This document shows, in pieces, positions 23,573 to 31,714 of a DNA stretch of 31,714 bases; the first letter of the stretch is position 1; each line of letters starts with the position of its first letter. Source of the DNA: a virus. Its lineage: Duplodnaviria > Caudoviricetes. Position numbers and translations under genes: made by a program. A model generated the notes under the pieces. That model ran no database searches. It was not told where the DNA came from and was given only the letters and a program-made list of their open reading frames with translations. The stretch covers positions 1-31,714 of the IMG/VR virus record IMGVR_UViG_3300036833_000312. The stretch is one strand, 5' to 3'.

Positions 23573-25270
23573 CTACGCTCCCCATAGCACCCTGTCTTCG
23601 ACCATCAGATGAATGCGTTCCAGCGTGAAATCAGGCGATAGCGATTGAATGTCTAGAGCGGCTGCGATGCCCGCGCCCTGCAGTGCTTGTGGTTCAAAAG
23701 CGGATGTCGAAGCCGTGCCGGCCGGTCCGGCAATCTGTGCCGGCGTATGCGGTCCTGGCGCCAGGGCAAAATTCACTTCCTGAATGCCGTTAGGAATGCC
23801 GCCGCCTGTTGTCGTCAGATTGCCGGCCCAATTCACCCCGCGCCCGTCATTGTCGAAGAATTCCATAAATATGCGCTTCGCGTTTTTGATCGTTAATTGC
23901 TGCAAGCCCTCACCGCGCACGAATTTGGTGGACAGGATTTTGAGAAGATTAGGGTCGGGAGTAGCGAATAGTTGATACAAGTGCGTGCCATCGGTACCGA
24001 ATGGGGTGATGACGCTGTCTTGCTCATAGGAGGCGATGTTGGTCAGTTCCAAGCCGGCGCCTTGTGATGCAATCGACCAGAAATCGCTTCCTGTTCGCGG
24101 GTGCCACATCAGGATCAGATTACGAGTCACACCATAAATGTCAGTAAATCGGCCATTACACAACAACACGCGAAACCCGAACATGGTTGCCGGGGCCATG
24201 GTCGGATAGTACAGGGTGGTATCTGAAGCAGTTTTAGGGATGACAAGCGTGTTAAAAACGTTGGTGGTCTTTTGCCCAATATCAATTGCCTCACCCCCGC
24301 GAAGTTCGAATATGCCGGCGCCATTCCACGTCTGCATAAAGCGGCCGATGCGCCCCACCGGACGCGGAAAACGTTGTCCGACCTGGGGATCGACATTGGT
24401 GTAAGCCAAGTTAGTGGTGAAAGGTGCCTCGGGCGTGCCTGATCCGATCAGTTCCACTTGGTTAATTAGATCAACTGAACTGTCGCCAAAAACGTACAGG
24501 TACCCGGCGGTCGCTGCGAGATCCATGTAGCTGTAGGTCAGGCGGTCGCCGAAGTAGCCAAAGCTGCCACCGCCGTCTGTGGTGGAAAAATCCGCGCCGT
24601 TGGAGGGGGCGGAAAATGAAATCACGTCTTTGCCAGCCACGAATAATCGCGATTGGTAGACCTCCATCGTGTAAATGCCGGGTAATCCTGTCGGCATGGT
24701 AAACGGTACACCGGGAGAGACCTCCTTCGCATCGGTCAACCAGTCAGGCGCCGAAGCGCCAGGACGCGAAAGCGTAGTGCCATCCCAGCCAAACATGCCG
24801 AGTGGCGAGCCGAACAAGACGCCGCCTTGCTGGCCGCTGACGTTGCCGACAAAGCGCGGGCGCCACACTTTAGCGCTCGCCCAATATTGTGGGGCAATTG
24901 GTTGCCATACTGGCGCGGCGGCAGTGCCGATATGTGTGACGGTCAGGGTATCAACATCAACTTGATCGATGCTGCCGTCGCTGAGGAACATCCAACCGTA
25001 ACGGCCGGGTGGTGGGGCGCTGTTCTGTGGCGTGATATCGCCGATAAAACCGAAAAATATACGCAAGATCGTCACGCCGGCAGGCGCGGTATAAAGCACG
25101 GGGCCATGGCCCCAGCAGGAACGCAAATTCCCAGGTCCAATTGCGAAGAGGTTCTCGTTCCACCACTGCTCATCGTCCGCTATTGACCCGCGTCCGGTCT
25201 GTTGATTGAGTCCTAGTATCCAATTCTGGAATGTGTGGAGTTGCGGGGGGTTTGCTGACTGGATGGGCAT
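23573..25270 (-). CDS. tail nozzle/stabilisation protein (P22 gp10/T7 gp12-like)
   Basis: 565 aa, beta-propeller-like pattern (GLNQ..., YQSRLFVAG...ISFS, LYVFG); downstream of adaptor. Confidence 0.75.
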   Translation of the reverse strand: MPIQSANPPQLHTFQNWILGLNQQTGRGSIADDEQWWNENLFAIGPGNLRSCWGHGPVLYTAPAGVTILRIFFGFIGDITPQNSAPPPGRYGWMFLSDGSIDQVDVDTLTVTHIGTAAAPVWQPIAPQYWASAKVWRPRFVGNVSGQQGGVLFGSPLGMFGWDGTTLSRPGASAPDWLTDAKEVSPGVPFTMPTGLPGIYTMEVYQSRLFVAGKDVISFSAPSNGADFSTTDGGGSFGYFGDRLTYSYMDLAATAGYLYVFGDSSVDLINQVELIGSGTPEAPFTTNLAYTNVDPQVGQRFPRPVGRIGRFMQTWNGAGIFELRGGEAIDIGQKTTNVFNTLVIPKTASDTTLYYPTMAPATMFGFRVLLCNGRFTDIYGVTRNLILMWHPRTGSDFWSIASQGAGLELTNIASYEQDSVITPFGTDGTHLYQLFATPDPNLLKILSTKFVRGEGLQQLTIKNAKRIFMEFFDNDGRGVNWAGNLTTTGGGIPNGIQEVNFALAPGPHTPAQIAGPAGTASTSAFEPQALQGAGIAAALDIQSLSPDFTLERIHLMVEDRVLWGA

Positions 25271-25649
25271 TTAACCGCCTCTCGGTATCGCGTTCCATGT
25301 AACCGTGCATTGCGTCATAACGAGATTTTGCCGCATCTTCGGTATCGTAAGAGGGCCACTTATCCAACCCTACCGCCCGAGCGCGCCTTATTGCTTCATC
25401 ATTGCCAATGATTTTATTGTCCCAAACCGTAGGCAAGACATAGGTTCGCCCATCATCGAATTGCGCTGTCAAGTTTAGAAACGTAGAAAGGCTCCCGTCA
25501 TCATGAGGAACGCCACCTAAATCAAGATTTCTAAGATGATGTTGATAGGCGTAGCGTTCTTGCGGGGTTAATTGCAGTTCGTGGGTAGCCGCATGATAAT
25601 TTTTCCATCGCTGATGTTGTTTAACCCAATCGTGCAGTAAATCAGTCAT
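25170..25649 (-). CDS. hypothetical protein between adaptor and nozzle
   Basis: Start re-placed at MTDLLH (ATGA overlap); VLPTVWD...DEAI...YDTEDAA motif; lower GC; 101-nt 3' overlap with nozzle. Confidence 0.65.
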   Translation of the reverse strand: MTDLLHDWVKQHQRWKNYHAATHELQLTPQERYAYQHHLRNLDLGGVPHDDGSLSTFLNLTAQFDDGRTYVLPTVWDNKIIGNDEAIRRARAVGLDKWPSYDTEDAAKSRYDAMHGYMERDTERRLNAHPVSKPPATPHIPELDTRTQSTDRTRVNSGR

Positions 25650-26395
25650 GCTGAACGCAGTGTGGCGCCGTAGGCGGTCTGGATCATTTGCGGGCAAACC
25701 ACCGCCGCGCACAGAGGGAGTTCGGCTGTGAACAGCGCTTGCATTGCTGCCGCGTCCTCGCGGCGTTGCTGTTGCAGGAGCGCGAGCATTGCCGCCCAGT
25801 AACTCACGGCATCACGCCATGGATATGGAATAGGGTCAACATCGTTGTCCGTCAGGAGCGGGCTAGGGATGACGGTGAGATCAACTTCCATCGGCAGCGA
25901 TTGAGTAGGCACCGGCGCGAGATAAATCGCTCCGGTTGGCCCCTCGCCGTACTGAGCAAACCATCCCGGTTCGCTGATAGTGCCCATGAAAGTGCCCCCG
26001 TAGATGCGGAATCGGGCTTGAAAATCTGTCCATACGACGCGGCGCCATAGTGGTTTCCAAGATCCGCCGACGATGCTGGCGCTCAAAATGTTACCCTGAT
26101 CGTCAGTCGTGGTCTGCCATCGGCCACCGATGCCAACAGCCATCGACCGGCAGGCAAGCACCGATTGCGCTTGCGGCATGATCATTTGCACCAGTGCATC
26201 CCAGGAGCGGAATGTATAGATTTCTTGATTAGGGATGGTTTGCACGCCGGGCGGAATGACTCGTAAACATCCGGAGACGGCGGCAATTCGACGGCGGGCA
26301 CGATTGATATAGTTAGCCAAAGTCACATTAACGAAAAACTGCCCCTGATTATCGTTGAGCAGGTTCTGCACTTCGTTGATGTAATTGGCGAGCAT
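25646..26395 (-). CDS. head-to-tail adaptor (gatekeeper)
   Basis: YINEVQNLLND...YINRARRRI N-terminus; IYLAPVP; IPYPWRDAVSYWAA C-terminal pattern; synteny. Confidence 0.78.
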   Translation of the reverse strand: MLANYINEVQNLLNDNQGQFFVNVTLANYINRARRRIAAVSGCLRVIPPGVQTIPNQEIYTFRSWDALVQMIMPQAQSVLACRSMAVGIGGRWQTTTDDQGNILSASIVGGSWKPLWRRVVWTDFQARFRIYGGTFMGTISEPGWFAQYGEGPTGAIYLAPVPTQSLPMEVDLTVIPSPLLTDNDVDPIPYPWRDAVSYWAAMLALLQQQRREDAAAMQALFTAELPLCAAVVCPQMIQTAYGATLRSA

Positions 26396-26406
26396 GTCGC
26401 ATCATA

Positions 26407-27735
26407 TCACTTTCGTCGCCCGCGTCTTGGCCGTATTGGCGGTTCGTCGTTTGCGAATATCATCGCTTCGCCGCCGCCACCACCGGAGCTAGGTTCTGCC
26501 GCGAGCATAGCGGTTGGAAGGGTGAAGCTCGGCGGCGGGAATGCCGGTCCAATTGGCGGTCCCCAGCCACCTACGGGAATATTTTGCGTTGTTGTCGTAT
26601 GCGGTGGTGTTGTTGGTGAAACTCCATCGGTGAATATGTTGCTGAACACAATTGGCGGGCTGGGGAATATTGTTGTCGAATATGGGAATAAGGTGTGTGG
26701 AACGGTGGCGCTGCCGCTGCCAAATTGCGGTTGCGTAACACCGGCTATGGATGGCGGTACTGCTGCGGCAGCAATGGCCGGTCCGACCAGTACGCCAGGA
26801 GGGATGTGTCCAATCGGCGGCGGTGTTGGTGGCGGGAAAGTTGGCGGTGGGCCGCCGCCTCGCCCAATCAGGGGTGGCGGCACGAGCGGCGTAAAGGCGG
26901 GGAACAGACTTGACGGTGGTGGCGTCGTTACTGGTGTATGTACCGTGCCACCGGTCCATGTTGCTGTTCCGGCATTAGCAAAACCGAAACTAATGTACAA
27001 CTGATTATGTGTGCTTACAGTAGGCCCGCCGATAGGAATGTTTGTTACTGTGTCTGCAACATTTGCGGTAAGAGGAACAACTGAAGCTGTTTGTTGTGTT
27101 TCTCCACCCCATTGATAATAAATAGTCATATTTGTACTTGTAGTATGGGTCATTGTTACATCTAGCAACAAATTGGATGGCCCACTGTTATTTTCCCCAA
27201 AATACAGACTTCCATCAGTTGCGATGGTGGCTTTCTGTCCGACAGAAATACCGGAAAAAGTAGTTTGATAAGGATTAGTTGCAGTCGAGAAATTAGTGAT
27301 ATTTGCTACAAGATCAGGAGAAGGTATGAAAACTTTGACACCGGCAAAATTCGTTGTCGCGGATAAATTGAAACCAACATACAAAGCAAGGGTGTGTCCA
27401 TTAGGCGGAAGTATGCTTGTCACGGCTACTGAATATGGACTAGGGCCGCTAGCAATGGCATTTATTGTTCCATTATCCCAAGCAGCGGCGACCTGCATGA
27501 CATCTGCGGCACCCATTGTAAGATTTAACGCAAAATACACAGCTTGGGTTGGCACGGTCAAAAATGCCAAATCACCATTCCCATTGATAGCGGCAATACC
27601 GGATGGAGTTACAGAAGCAAATCGAAAATGATACCAACCGGATGTAGGCCCTCCCGTGTTGCCATCAGCAACGGTAGCCGTCAATATTGCTTGCCCGTAT
27701 GCACTCGGTTCAACAATAAGATGCTGGTCAGACAT
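26407..27735 (-). CDS. putative capsid decoration/surface protein (beta-rich N-terminus, Pro-rich C-terminus)
   Basis: Thr/Asn-rich beta region with low GC; poly-Pro half; ends PIRPRRGRRK; follows capsid. Confidence 0.6.
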   Translation of the reverse strand: MSDQHLIVEPSAYGQAILTATVADGNTGGPTSGWYHFRFASVTPSGIAAINGNGDLAFLTVPTQAVYFALNLTMGAADVMQVAAAWDNGTINAIASGPSPYSVAVTSILPPNGHTLALYVGFNLSATTNFAGVKVFIPSPDLVANITNFSTATNPYQTTFSGISVGQKATIATDGSLYFGENNSGPSNLLLDVTMTHTTSTNMTIYYQWGGETQQTASVVPLTANVADTVTNIPIGGPTVSTHNQLYISFGFANAGTATWTGGTVHTPVTTPPPSSLFPAFTPLVPPPLIGRGGGPPPTFPPPTPPPIGHIPPGVLVGPAIAAAAVPPSIAGVTQPQFGSGSATVPHTLFPYSTTIFPSPPIVFSNIFTDGVSPTTPPHTTTTQNIPVGGWGPPIGPAFPPPSFTLPTAMLAAEPSSGGGGGEAMIFANDEPPIRPRRGRRK

Positions 27736-27744
27736 ATTCTGTCA

Positions 27745-28029
27745 TCATGATTTTGCTGCTGGCACGATAGGTGGCGGCAGCAATTTGGGTGGTTCCGTTA
27801 CTGGAATGACATAGGGGCTGGCGTAAACAGGAAGAAGCTCGATAGACACATCCAGATTTACACCGCCAATGAGGCCGGTGCCCGGAGCTCGACTTTCACT
27901 CTCCAGAAACTTTGGTGATCGCGGATATGGCCATGCTGCCCCGGCTACCCAGCTATAGGGCGGATCAAGATTATGCGAACCGGGAATTACATACGTCGGT
28001 GCGTTGGCCGGTCTGGCAGTAGGCAGCAT
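27745..28029 (-). CDS. Pro-rich small virion-associated protein (MLPTARPANAP...)
   Basis: Start re-placed at ATG 28029, 17 nt after capsid stop. Confidence 0.6.
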   Translation of the reverse strand: MLPTARPANAPTYVIPGSHNLDPPYSWVAGAAWPYPRSPKFLESESRAPGTGLIGGVNLDVSIELLPVYASPYVIPVTEPPKLLPPPIVPAAKS

Positions 28030-28046
28030 GACAATCACCCATTGGG

Positions 28047-29075
28047 TTACGGAGGCGGTGCCGCCGGGAACCCTGCCTGCCCGCCAGTGATGCCAGTAAT
28101 GATCACGCCTGTTGATGGCTTGGAGCAAACAAGATTTAGCGCAGTCAACGACAGTCCGACGCTGGCGATTTGTCCTTGTGGAATTGTTGAATACCAACCA
28201 GTCCAGGCGAAATTGCAGTCCTCATGTATGACCAGCGTGATATATTTACTGTTAAACCCAAATGCAGTGCCCACCGGGCAGTTGAGGTCGAAGAAGATCG
28301 GTGTATCGCCCAGCAGTAGCCCTCTGAAACCACTGTTGACCGGATCGTCTTTGCCCCACCTGCTCGATGGGTCGTTGTTGTAGCGCTCAACCGTCATAAA
28401 GTCGGTGAGCAGCGTTGTCCAGTCCTCTACCGAAGTGACAACAAAATCGAGTGCCTCGCCGCCTGAGTGTTTGACGGCTTTCAGCAATGTCGGAATCATC
28501 GTGGCGCGGGTGAGGATAGCGCCGGCCGTTGGTATGCTGAGCCCGGCCCAGGTTGGATACGTAGCCCGATCAAGTCCGCCGTAAACGCCGGTGGCGCCAT
28601 AAGCGTCATTCAGGCTAAACATTTGCAGCACATTAGCCGTAGGCGGACCAAACAACGCGGCGCTCAACGAATTCAACGCAGAATTCTTCATATCGTTGAG
28701 TTTCAACATAAGGCGGGAGGCGACGGCAATGGCGTCCTGAGTTACGAGCTGCTCCAAACCCAGGGATGACACTGGCGTCGCCAAAGCACAAAGATTGAAT
28801 TCTGCATTGACGGTGGCGGCCACATCGGTAGGCAAATTAAACTGACCAGCAGGTCCGATCCACGACGATGTCACGTACTGGCCAGTTTGCACAGGCTGCG
28901 TATATGGGCTCACGCCGCCCGATGCGCGAATGGCATTTCTAAGCAATAACGCTAAAAGCGGGTTCTGCCTGTAGAGCAGAACAACAACCATCTGAGCGAA
29001 AACTCGTCTTACTGTCGCTTGGAGCTCAAGGCCAATCGGGCCACTCGGAATTAGGCCGGTCCCTAGTACGGGCAA
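28047..29075 (-). CDS. major capsid protein (HK97-fold expected)
   Basis: 342 aa; follows scaffold; YGGLDRATYPTW, SGFRGL, FFDLNCP patterns; AGGAGG RBS with TTG start. Confidence 0.85.
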   Translation of the reverse strand: MPVLGTGLIPSGPIGLELQATVRRVFAQMVVVLLYRQNPLLALLLRNAIRASGGVSPYTQPVQTGQYVTSSWIGPAGQFNLPTDVAATVNAEFNLCALATPVSSLGLEQLVTQDAIAVASRLMLKLNDMKNSALNSLSAALFGPPTANVLQMFSLNDAYGATGVYGGLDRATYPTWAGLSIPTAGAILTRATMIPTLLKAVKHSGGEALDFVVTSVEDWTTLLTDFMTVERYNNDPSSRWGKDDPVNSGFRGLLLGDTPIFFDLNCPVGTAFGFNSKYITLVIHEDCNFAWTGWYSTIPQGQIASVGLSLTALNLVCSKPSTGVIITGITGGQAGFPAAPPP

Positions 29076-29133
29076 TTTACCCTCCTATCAATGTTCAACA
29101 GCAAATACAGGGGAGCCGGCCCGATATTTGTTG

Positions 29134-29676
29134 CTACCTCCCGCCTCTGGCGTTTTGCTGATCCTTGACCAGCGCACCAAAGATTTCATTGCGCGCCCAA
29201 CCCTCCGGATCTTTGGCAATCTCAGCAAAGTTGTCCTGTTTCTGATGATGCCAGAGGCCATCATGTTGGGTCGCGTCACTCTGCTTTGGATTTTTGGCCG
29301 CGTGATATTCTGCGGCGATCTCGTAGTCGCCGACGTTCTTTTCGAGCATGAATTTTTCCAAGTCCTTCATGCCATCTTCCGTAAAGCCGTATTCTTTCTG
29401 CACCCGGTTGCGCGTTTCGGTAAAACGCTTTTCTTCCTCGGCCTCTTTGGCCGCGCGCTTTTCATCGTCGCGCTGCTTTTTGTCATCGTCAAAGCGCTGA
29501 TTAACGCGCTCTTCGATATCGAAGTCGGGTATCTGCACTTGCGGGTATTTGCGCTTGATCAGCGCCTTGGCCTCTTTGGAAAGCACCGGATCGTTGTAAA
29601 TCGACTCGACGAAATCCGCTACTTGCTTGCGGCCCTGTAAAAAGTTGTACTCTTCATCCGAGACTTCGCGTGGCAT
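29134..29676 (-). CDS. capsid scaffolding protein
   Basis: Highly charged coiled coil; immediately upstream of capsid. Confidence 0.72.
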   Translation of the reverse strand: MPREVSDEEYNFLQGRKQVADFVESIYNDPVLSKEAKALIKRKYPQVQIPDFDIEERVNQRFDDDKKQRDDEKRAAKEAEEEKRFTETRNRVQKEYGFTEDGMKDLEKFMLEKNVGDYEIAAEYHAAKNPKQSDATQHDGLWHHQKQDNFAEIAKDPEGWARNEIFGALVKDQQNARGGR

Positions 29677-29679
29677 GAC

Positions 29680-30096
29680 CTACACCGCGTTGAAGTGGTA
29701 CGGAGCAATGTTGCTGCTCCAGATGTCGGCCTCATTCGGCCGCTGACCTGAACCGTGTTGTCCTATCCGAAGTTCTAGATTTTCAACACGGTTGTCGTGG
29801 CGAATGCCATTCTTATGGTGGACTGTTTCCCAGGATCGTAATTTGCGGCCCAGAACACGCTCCATGACGAGGCGATGTTGCCGTTTTTGCGGATTGCCGA
29901 TAATAACGTACCCGTCTTTGTTGAGACGGCCCCTTGCTGTTTCAGACTTTTGCTTGAGATAACAGTCGGCGTGATACTTGGTTGGCGAATGCCAGCCATT
30001 GAAACGCCCATTCTTAAATTGCTGAATAGGCTTGATAAACTCCCCACACCACGCGCAGGGCTTAATAGTTGGTGGTTCCTTGCGCCAGTGTGGCAT
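29680..30096 (-). CDS. HNH endonuclease
   Basis: HRLVMERVLGRKL...VHHKNGIRHDNRVENLEL; N-terminal CAWC. Confidence 0.88.
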   Translation of the reverse strand: MPHWRKEPPTIKPCAWCGEFIKPIQQFKNGRFNGWHSPTKYHADCYLKQKSETARGRLNKDGYVIIGNPQKRQHRLVMERVLGRKLRSWETVHHKNGIRHDNRVENLELRIGQHGSGQRPNEADIWSSNIAPYHFNAV

Positions 30097-30097
30097 G

Positions 30098-30283
30098 TTA
30101 GTTGTTGTTGCTCTTACCTATAATTGACGGTTGCAAAGGCACTCCCCCTTCCGGCTTTGGCACGATCTTAGGGATGGCTCCCCACTCTGATACCTCCGAC
30201 TGGGTATCAACTTGCAGTATAGTTCGTGGAGGTGTTTCCGGTGGGGTTGTAATGGGGGGATCATAGCTGCGGTTCATCGCCAT
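30098..30283 (-). CDS. 61-aa Pro-rich head-module protein (MAMNRSYDPPITTPP...)
   Basis: Start re-placed at ATG 30283 after GAGAGGA. Confidence 0.7.
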   Translation of the reverse strand: MAMNRSYDPPITTPPETPPRTILQVDTQSEVSEWGAIPKIVPKPEGGVPLQPSIIGKSNNN

Positions 30284-30311
30284 TTTGGTTATCCTCTCAG
30301 TCCGCCGTTTA

Positions 30312-30800
30312 TCATGCTCCCGGTAGTGGTGTCGATGGCATCGGCGCCTGCGCCATGGCCCCGGCCGGGGCTCCCTGGCCGCCCCCCTGCTGCTGTTGCC
30401 CCATGATGTTGGACAGTAAAGCGTTGCGGGCGACTGCGCGGAGCATGTCCTTAAGCTGAGTTTGCTGCACACCGGCCGTCGGAGCGCCCTGCGCCATATG
30501 CCGGCTGAGCGATTGCAGCGCGCGCAACACATCGCGATGCACTGGCGTTCCAGGCTGAAGTCCCGACAATGCTTGTTGCAACATGCCCAGTGCGTTCTGG
30601 ACCTGTGTCATGGATGAAGCTTGATCACCCGCGCCGGGAGCGCTGGGCTGCGGACTTTGTTGCCGGCGCGCGAGTGCCGCGAGAAGAGGACCGCCACCGC
30701 CAGGAGCACCGCCAGGAGCACCGCCGCCAGGGGATGCGCCGCTAGCACTAGGATCGGGAGCGTCAGCGCTCTGTGGGCCGGTTTCGTCGCCAATAGCCAT
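30312..30800 (-). CDS. Gly/Gln/Pro-rich head-module protein
   Basis: Start likely MAIGDETG; helical core flanked by low complexity; post-portal position. Confidence 0.7.
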   Translation of the reverse strand: MAIGDETGPQSADAPDPSASGASPGGGAPGGAPGGGGPLLAALARRQQSPQPSAPGAGDQASSMTQVQNALGMLQQALSGLQPGTPVHRDVLRALQSLSRHMAQGAPTAGVQQTQLKDMLRAVARNALLSNIMGQQQQGGGQGAPAGAMAQAPMPSTPLPGA

Positions 30801-30838
30801 GGGGCGATAAATTACGCTCAAAATCTAGTAGGATGCAA

Positions 30839-31714
30839 CTACCCCCCACCACCACCCTTGCGACGGCGCCCGCTGCGGCCACTGCTGCGCCCGCTAGAAG
30901 GCAACTGCAGCACGTCGCGCAGCATTTCCTTTTGCTCCTGTGCTTGTGCCGCTTTGGCTTGATTTTTCTGCCGTTGCCGCAGTCGTGCCAGCAGAAGTTC
31001 GGCACTTGGCGGGTGCAGCATGTGGATCAGATCCTCGGCATCGATGGCGCCAGCACGGGCGAGCGCAATGGCGACTTGCCGGTTGTCTTCAGCAAAGGCT
31101 GGACTGGCGCTGTGGCTATCGACTTGAACTTGAAAATTATCCGGCAGATCGTGCAAGACGAACTCCTGCCCGCTATCGGTCGAATAAATCAACGCGTCCA
31201 TGGCCTGCATGATGCGCAGTGACAGATACCCGGATTGAGCCAATTGCCGCTCGACGCGAGCAGCCTGATCAATGAGTCGTGGAGAGGACGTGCGGACCAA
31301 AGTCTGCGCGTGAACACCGGCGCGCACCCCAGGTTCGCCTTGCCCGGACATGACCGGGGTGAATCCGCCGGCCTCGTCAAACATTTGGAAGATGAATTGA
31401 AGTTCCTCCATGTAACCAGGGGGCGGTGGTTCAACGAGTTTTTTAGCTGTTGCGTTTGGATTTGGGTCGTTGATGAACCCGCCTTCATTGATGATTTTGT
31501 AATACATTTCTTCAGTAACTCCGGTAAATCCGGAGAAGACTTGCGGCGCATTGACGTTCCGGTCCCACATCACCTTGATGTCGCGCAGTCTCTTGTTTAA
31601 CAAGTCTTGTAACATCTGCACATCGGCAATGTAGCTGCGGCCCCAGAAATAGCCGGGCGTGACTTGCGGCTGGATTTTGACGAATGACGAATGTCCGGGA
31701 ACGCGCGAGAGATT
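30839..31714 (-). CDS. portal protein, C-terminal part (5' end outside the window)
   Basis: Frame open to the window edge; PGYFWGRS, MSGQGEPGVRAG, VQVDSHSASP patterns typical of podovirus portals. Confidence 0.85.
   Translation of the reverse strand, partial: NLSRVPGHSSFVKIQPQVTPGYFWGRSYIADVQMLQDLLNKRLRDIKVMWDRNVNAPQVFSGFTGVTEEMYYKIINEGGFINDPNPNATAKKLVEPPPPGYMEELQFIFQMFDEAGGFTPVMSGQGEPGVRAGVHAQTLVRTSSPRLIDQAARVERQLAQSGYLSLRIMQAMDALIYSTDSGQEFVLHDLPDNFQVQVDSHSASPAFAEDNRQVAIALARAGAIDAEDLIHMLHPPSAELLLARLRQRQKNQAKAAQAQEQKEMLRDVLQLPSSGRSSGRSGRRRKGGGGG

Noticed and set aside
27745-28197. T7 10A/10B-like -1 frameshift extension of the capsid protein
   Set aside because: The -1 frame is open across the capsid end, but no canonical X XXY YYZ slippery site was found and the downstream ORF has its own ATG.

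Overview
The whole window reads as one dsDNA tailed-phage genome segment with podovirus-like (short-tail) architecture. It is truncated inside the portal gene at the right edge and inside a small gene at the left edge. No terminase, integrase, DNA polymerase, RNA gene or CRISPR array is visible. The minus-strand morphogenesis block (31714->14789) runs portal, small genes, HNH, scaffold, major capsid, putative decoration, adaptor, nozzle, a microprotein cluster, VRR-NUC, GNAT-like and ejection proteins. A central block (5.9-14.8 kb) holds a TOPRIM/AAA primase-helicase with a downstream iteron-like origin, an amidase+DPBB endolysin, an XRE regulator with a divergent switch, an SSB-like protein, a YqaJ/lambda exonuclease and an HNH. 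A separate minus-strand tail-fibre/SPRY/holin-like block occupies 5686->1. The standout feature is missed by the supplied ORF track: six contiguous, translationally coupled, arginine-rich protamine-like microproteins (11-58 aa, e.g. MARRRRRHRRGRR, MARRGRRRGRY) at 22807-23449, with their own putative promoter and RBS. Similar Arg-rich tails recur on the portal and other proteins. An alphaproteobacterial host is a weak inference. All family calls come from motif recognition, not database searches.
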